DNA from: Adineta vaga
Lineage: Eukaryota; Animalia; Rotifera
Assembly: GCA_021613535.1 (NCBI GenBank)
Contig: CP075492.1
Location: forward strand, 18,414,001 to 18,478,000
Length of the DNA stretch: 64,000 bases
Direction: 5' to 3'
The notes under the pieces were generated by a model that saw only the letters and a program-made list of their open reading frames with translations, searched no databases and had not been told where the DNA came from. Position 1 is the first letter of the stretch. Every line of letters begins with the position of its first letter. This document shows positions 61,381 through 64,000 of this stretch, piece by piece. The position numbers and the translations under genes were made by a program.

Positions 61381-62056
61381 TTCTACTAAATTTCAGTATC
61401 TAATCGTAAATTCTTTTCATTGTGAGTTGATCTGTATATATATATAGTCAGGGTAATGGTTGTGAAATATTGCGTAGGTTTATTTTTTCAAGATAAGAAA
61501 TAACAAATCATTTGAGTATTTTGCTTCACGACGTCTATTTTGCTGAGAAAAAGTTGTAAAATTCCAACGTAAGTTGAGACAAAATGTATTTGTTAACGAT
61601 GAGACATGATAGGCAAACATACATCGACAATAAACATGTAGGAAGTATGTCTTTTGACGCATTTAACTAGGTGATTGTGCTGTAAATGTAAGTATCGTTC
61701 ACACAAGAGACACAATCAAACTTCTGTATCCTCATCGCTTCGCAATATTATAAAGTTTGTTATTTTGAATTAAGAAAGGACATAATACTTTCAATTAAAA
61801 CAAATATTTCTATATTCAGTACTATATCCTTATTCATTTTCTTTCGAATCTATGAATCAAATTTGACATAAAATACTAGGATAATGATTAAAATATATTG
61901 AAGAAATTTTATCAAATATCAACAGAATGAACGAAAAGAGACATACAAAAAAGAGTAAAATAAAAAGTTTGAATAAATTGAAAATTTTTAGAGTTTATTA
62001 TTGATCTCTTTTTTCTACATCATTATCGACACGCTCGTTAGACGTAGATGTTAACA

Positions 62057-62478
62057 TTAAACAAATGAACAACCTATACCAAAGGTACCACCAGGTGCCT
62101 AAAATAAAAAACAATTTCATCCAAAAGTAACCTTTCTCATATAGAAAAAAATGACATACGAGACAGCAGAACGGATGTTTATCTCCACAATCAGTACCTG
62201 CACTAAGAGCTATTTCACAATTTCCAACTATAAAAGATAAATGAACTATTATAGTATCAGTTTGGTAAATAATAATAAGAAGATATACCTGCGTATCCAT
62301 TCGTGAATGAACAACACATAGATAATCCGAAACCACATCCTGGATGTCTATTATCACGACGAACTAGATGATGTAATTGAAATTTGTTATTTTGTAATGG
62401 TACTGCTTCGTTGAATTGAACAATAACAGCGAGAAGAATCAGAGCAATAGTAAATGAAAGAATTGTAAAAGATTGCAT
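62057..62478 (-). CDS. Secreted 8-Cys peptide with hydrophobin-type C-CC-C-C-CC-C pattern; exons 62289-62478, 62160-62227, 62057-62098
   Basis: Spliced product: signal peptide, propeptide ending RR, then DNRHPGCGFGLSMCCSFTNGYAVGNCEIALSAGTDCGDKHPFCCLAPGGTFGIGCSFV*. Confidence 0.75.
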
Positions 62479-63567
62479 GATGTTGCTATTAAATTCGAAT
62501 CGTTGTTTATGTAGAAATATTACAATATAATATAATTTTTTTTACGAATTTTTCTCTGCTTTTTATACCTATACTCATGACTTTATATAACCAAAATAAA
62601 ACTCACAACTAGAATACTTTTGTTAGTAAAATAGCTTTTCATTGTCTATTAAACAAAGAAAACAATGAATGGTTTTTTTCCCTGTCATTATATGCATGTC
62701 ATCATTTTATTTATATCGTATAAAGATAATTGTGCATTGATCATTGTTTACGATAAAAATAGTATTTTACTGTATATGATCAAAGAGTGCATAACTTTGT
62801 ATTGGTAATATGAAAGAAAATTTTGCATTGAAAATCTGATTTTTCTTGTTTATTAATCGGAATTTGAATGAACAATATTCAAAAGTTAAACTCTTGTTCA
62901 TCGATAATAAAAAACAAATTGCCTCATTATTTCTCAGTACAAAATCATGTATTTGTGGTTACACAGTAAAATTAAGGTATGTAAGATAAAATGACGGAGA
63001 GAAAAAAACAATCATTATTCTCTTTGTATGAAATACAATATGATAATATTTAATACTAACAACGAAATATCCTATCTACATGTGAGTTGTAGTTCTGACT
63101 AGTTAAAGATACTAATCTATCGAACTCGATGGACTGATTTTCGTGATATGTTCTGATTTTGTCTACAGATCTTCAAATCAAAAATGATTACTTTTGTTTG
63201 TAGAAAATAACAAAATGAAAATATCAGAACTTAGAACATAATATTCTGTCAAAAAATGTGAAATCTTCTATTATTCTTATTCTTATAGAAAGAAGAAAAA
63301 CACTGTTTGCTATTAATATACACATAATAGAAATTCTATTGAGAATAATACTCAAAGAAATGAAAGTTTTTCAAAATAAAATATATTTCATCTAGGAAAA
63401 ATTTCATTGTTTGAATATACAAATTTTGAATTTCATTTTTCTCTTCGTTTCATTCAATATAAAAAATGTTCTTTCTAGAAACTTCTATAATACTTTTCAT
63501 GACAGGAAATTGAGTTAATGGAAAATGTTCGGATAAAAGTCAAAGTTAGAAAAACTATACTTGAAGT

Positions 63568-63610
63568 TTAGAGTGTGGGTGTCAGATCGATGCAGTACCC
63601 ACACCCTCAA
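63568..63610. repeat. Telomere-like palindromic element
   Basis: TTAGAGTGTGGGTGT ... TACCCACACCCTCAA. Confidence 0.8.
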
Positions 63611-63723
63611 CTCTAAAAGGTTATACAACTAAGCTATTAGATAATGACAGGAATTGATTAATTTCAAGTTGTTACGAGAATGTCCTTGTTTTCTTTGTAG
63701 GTAAGGAAAATGTTCGATAAGAC

Positions 63724-63905
63724 TTAGAGTTGCTGATCCGTCCCCAATGATAATTGATTCCCATCTCTCCAAAATTGTCCATTCTCCAATTTTTCAGTGT
63801 AAACACAATATAAAATAGAATCAGCACCTATTTCAGGTGATCGTCCACCTTCTGCCTTATTACTTAGATCAGTTGAACAAAGTTCTGGACAGACAGCGCT
63901 AATCG
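63724..63905 (-). CDS. 3' end of a carbonyl reductase-like short-chain dehydrogenase (fragment)
   Basis: SAVCPELCSTDLS...RSPEIGADSILY...NGQFWRDG resembles the SDR/CBR C-terminus (CPGxVxTDM...SPEEGA...GQF). Confidence 0.5.
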
Positions 63906-64000
63906 ACGTAGGATATCTTAGCGCCCGATTCGAGTTTTTCCAGGGCCGATTCGCCTATGGACTGGAACCAACGCTCACTTTGGTGGAGCCAGATGCAGTT

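Overview
AT-rich, gene-dense eukaryotic DNA with short (~50-60 bp) GT-AG introns. The gene families present (ADP-ribosyltransferase [ART] proteins, F-box/LRR proteins, orphan rhodopsin-like GPCRs, NHL and Kelch propellers on Thr-rich stalks, a secreted beta-lactamase-like serine hydrolase, PI-PLC X) point to a bdelloid rotifer; this is an inference, not a database match. About 30 genes, pseudogenes or fragments are present, several needing splicing and missed by the ORF track. Main unexplained signal: about 25 copies of a short palindromic element, consensus (ATC)TTGAGGGTGTGGGTGT-N(~15-45)-ACACCCACACCCTCAA(GAT), built from bdelloid-type telomeric hexamers (TGAGGG/TGTGGG) in head-to-head orientation. 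Copies mostly lie 0-250 bp downstream of stop codons, coincide with gene truncation points, and in one case bracket a whole F-box gene flanked by a 115-bp direct repeat, suggesting a gene-cassette or break-repair system. Other highlights: a spliced ART-TM-stalk-NHL receptor-like gene interrupted by one in-frame TAG; a deiodinase-like selenoprotein with a clear SECIS; a hydrophobin-pattern secreted peptide; a 19-exon LRR array with near one repeat per exon; a second hairpin family. All coordinates were read by eye and may be off by a few bases.
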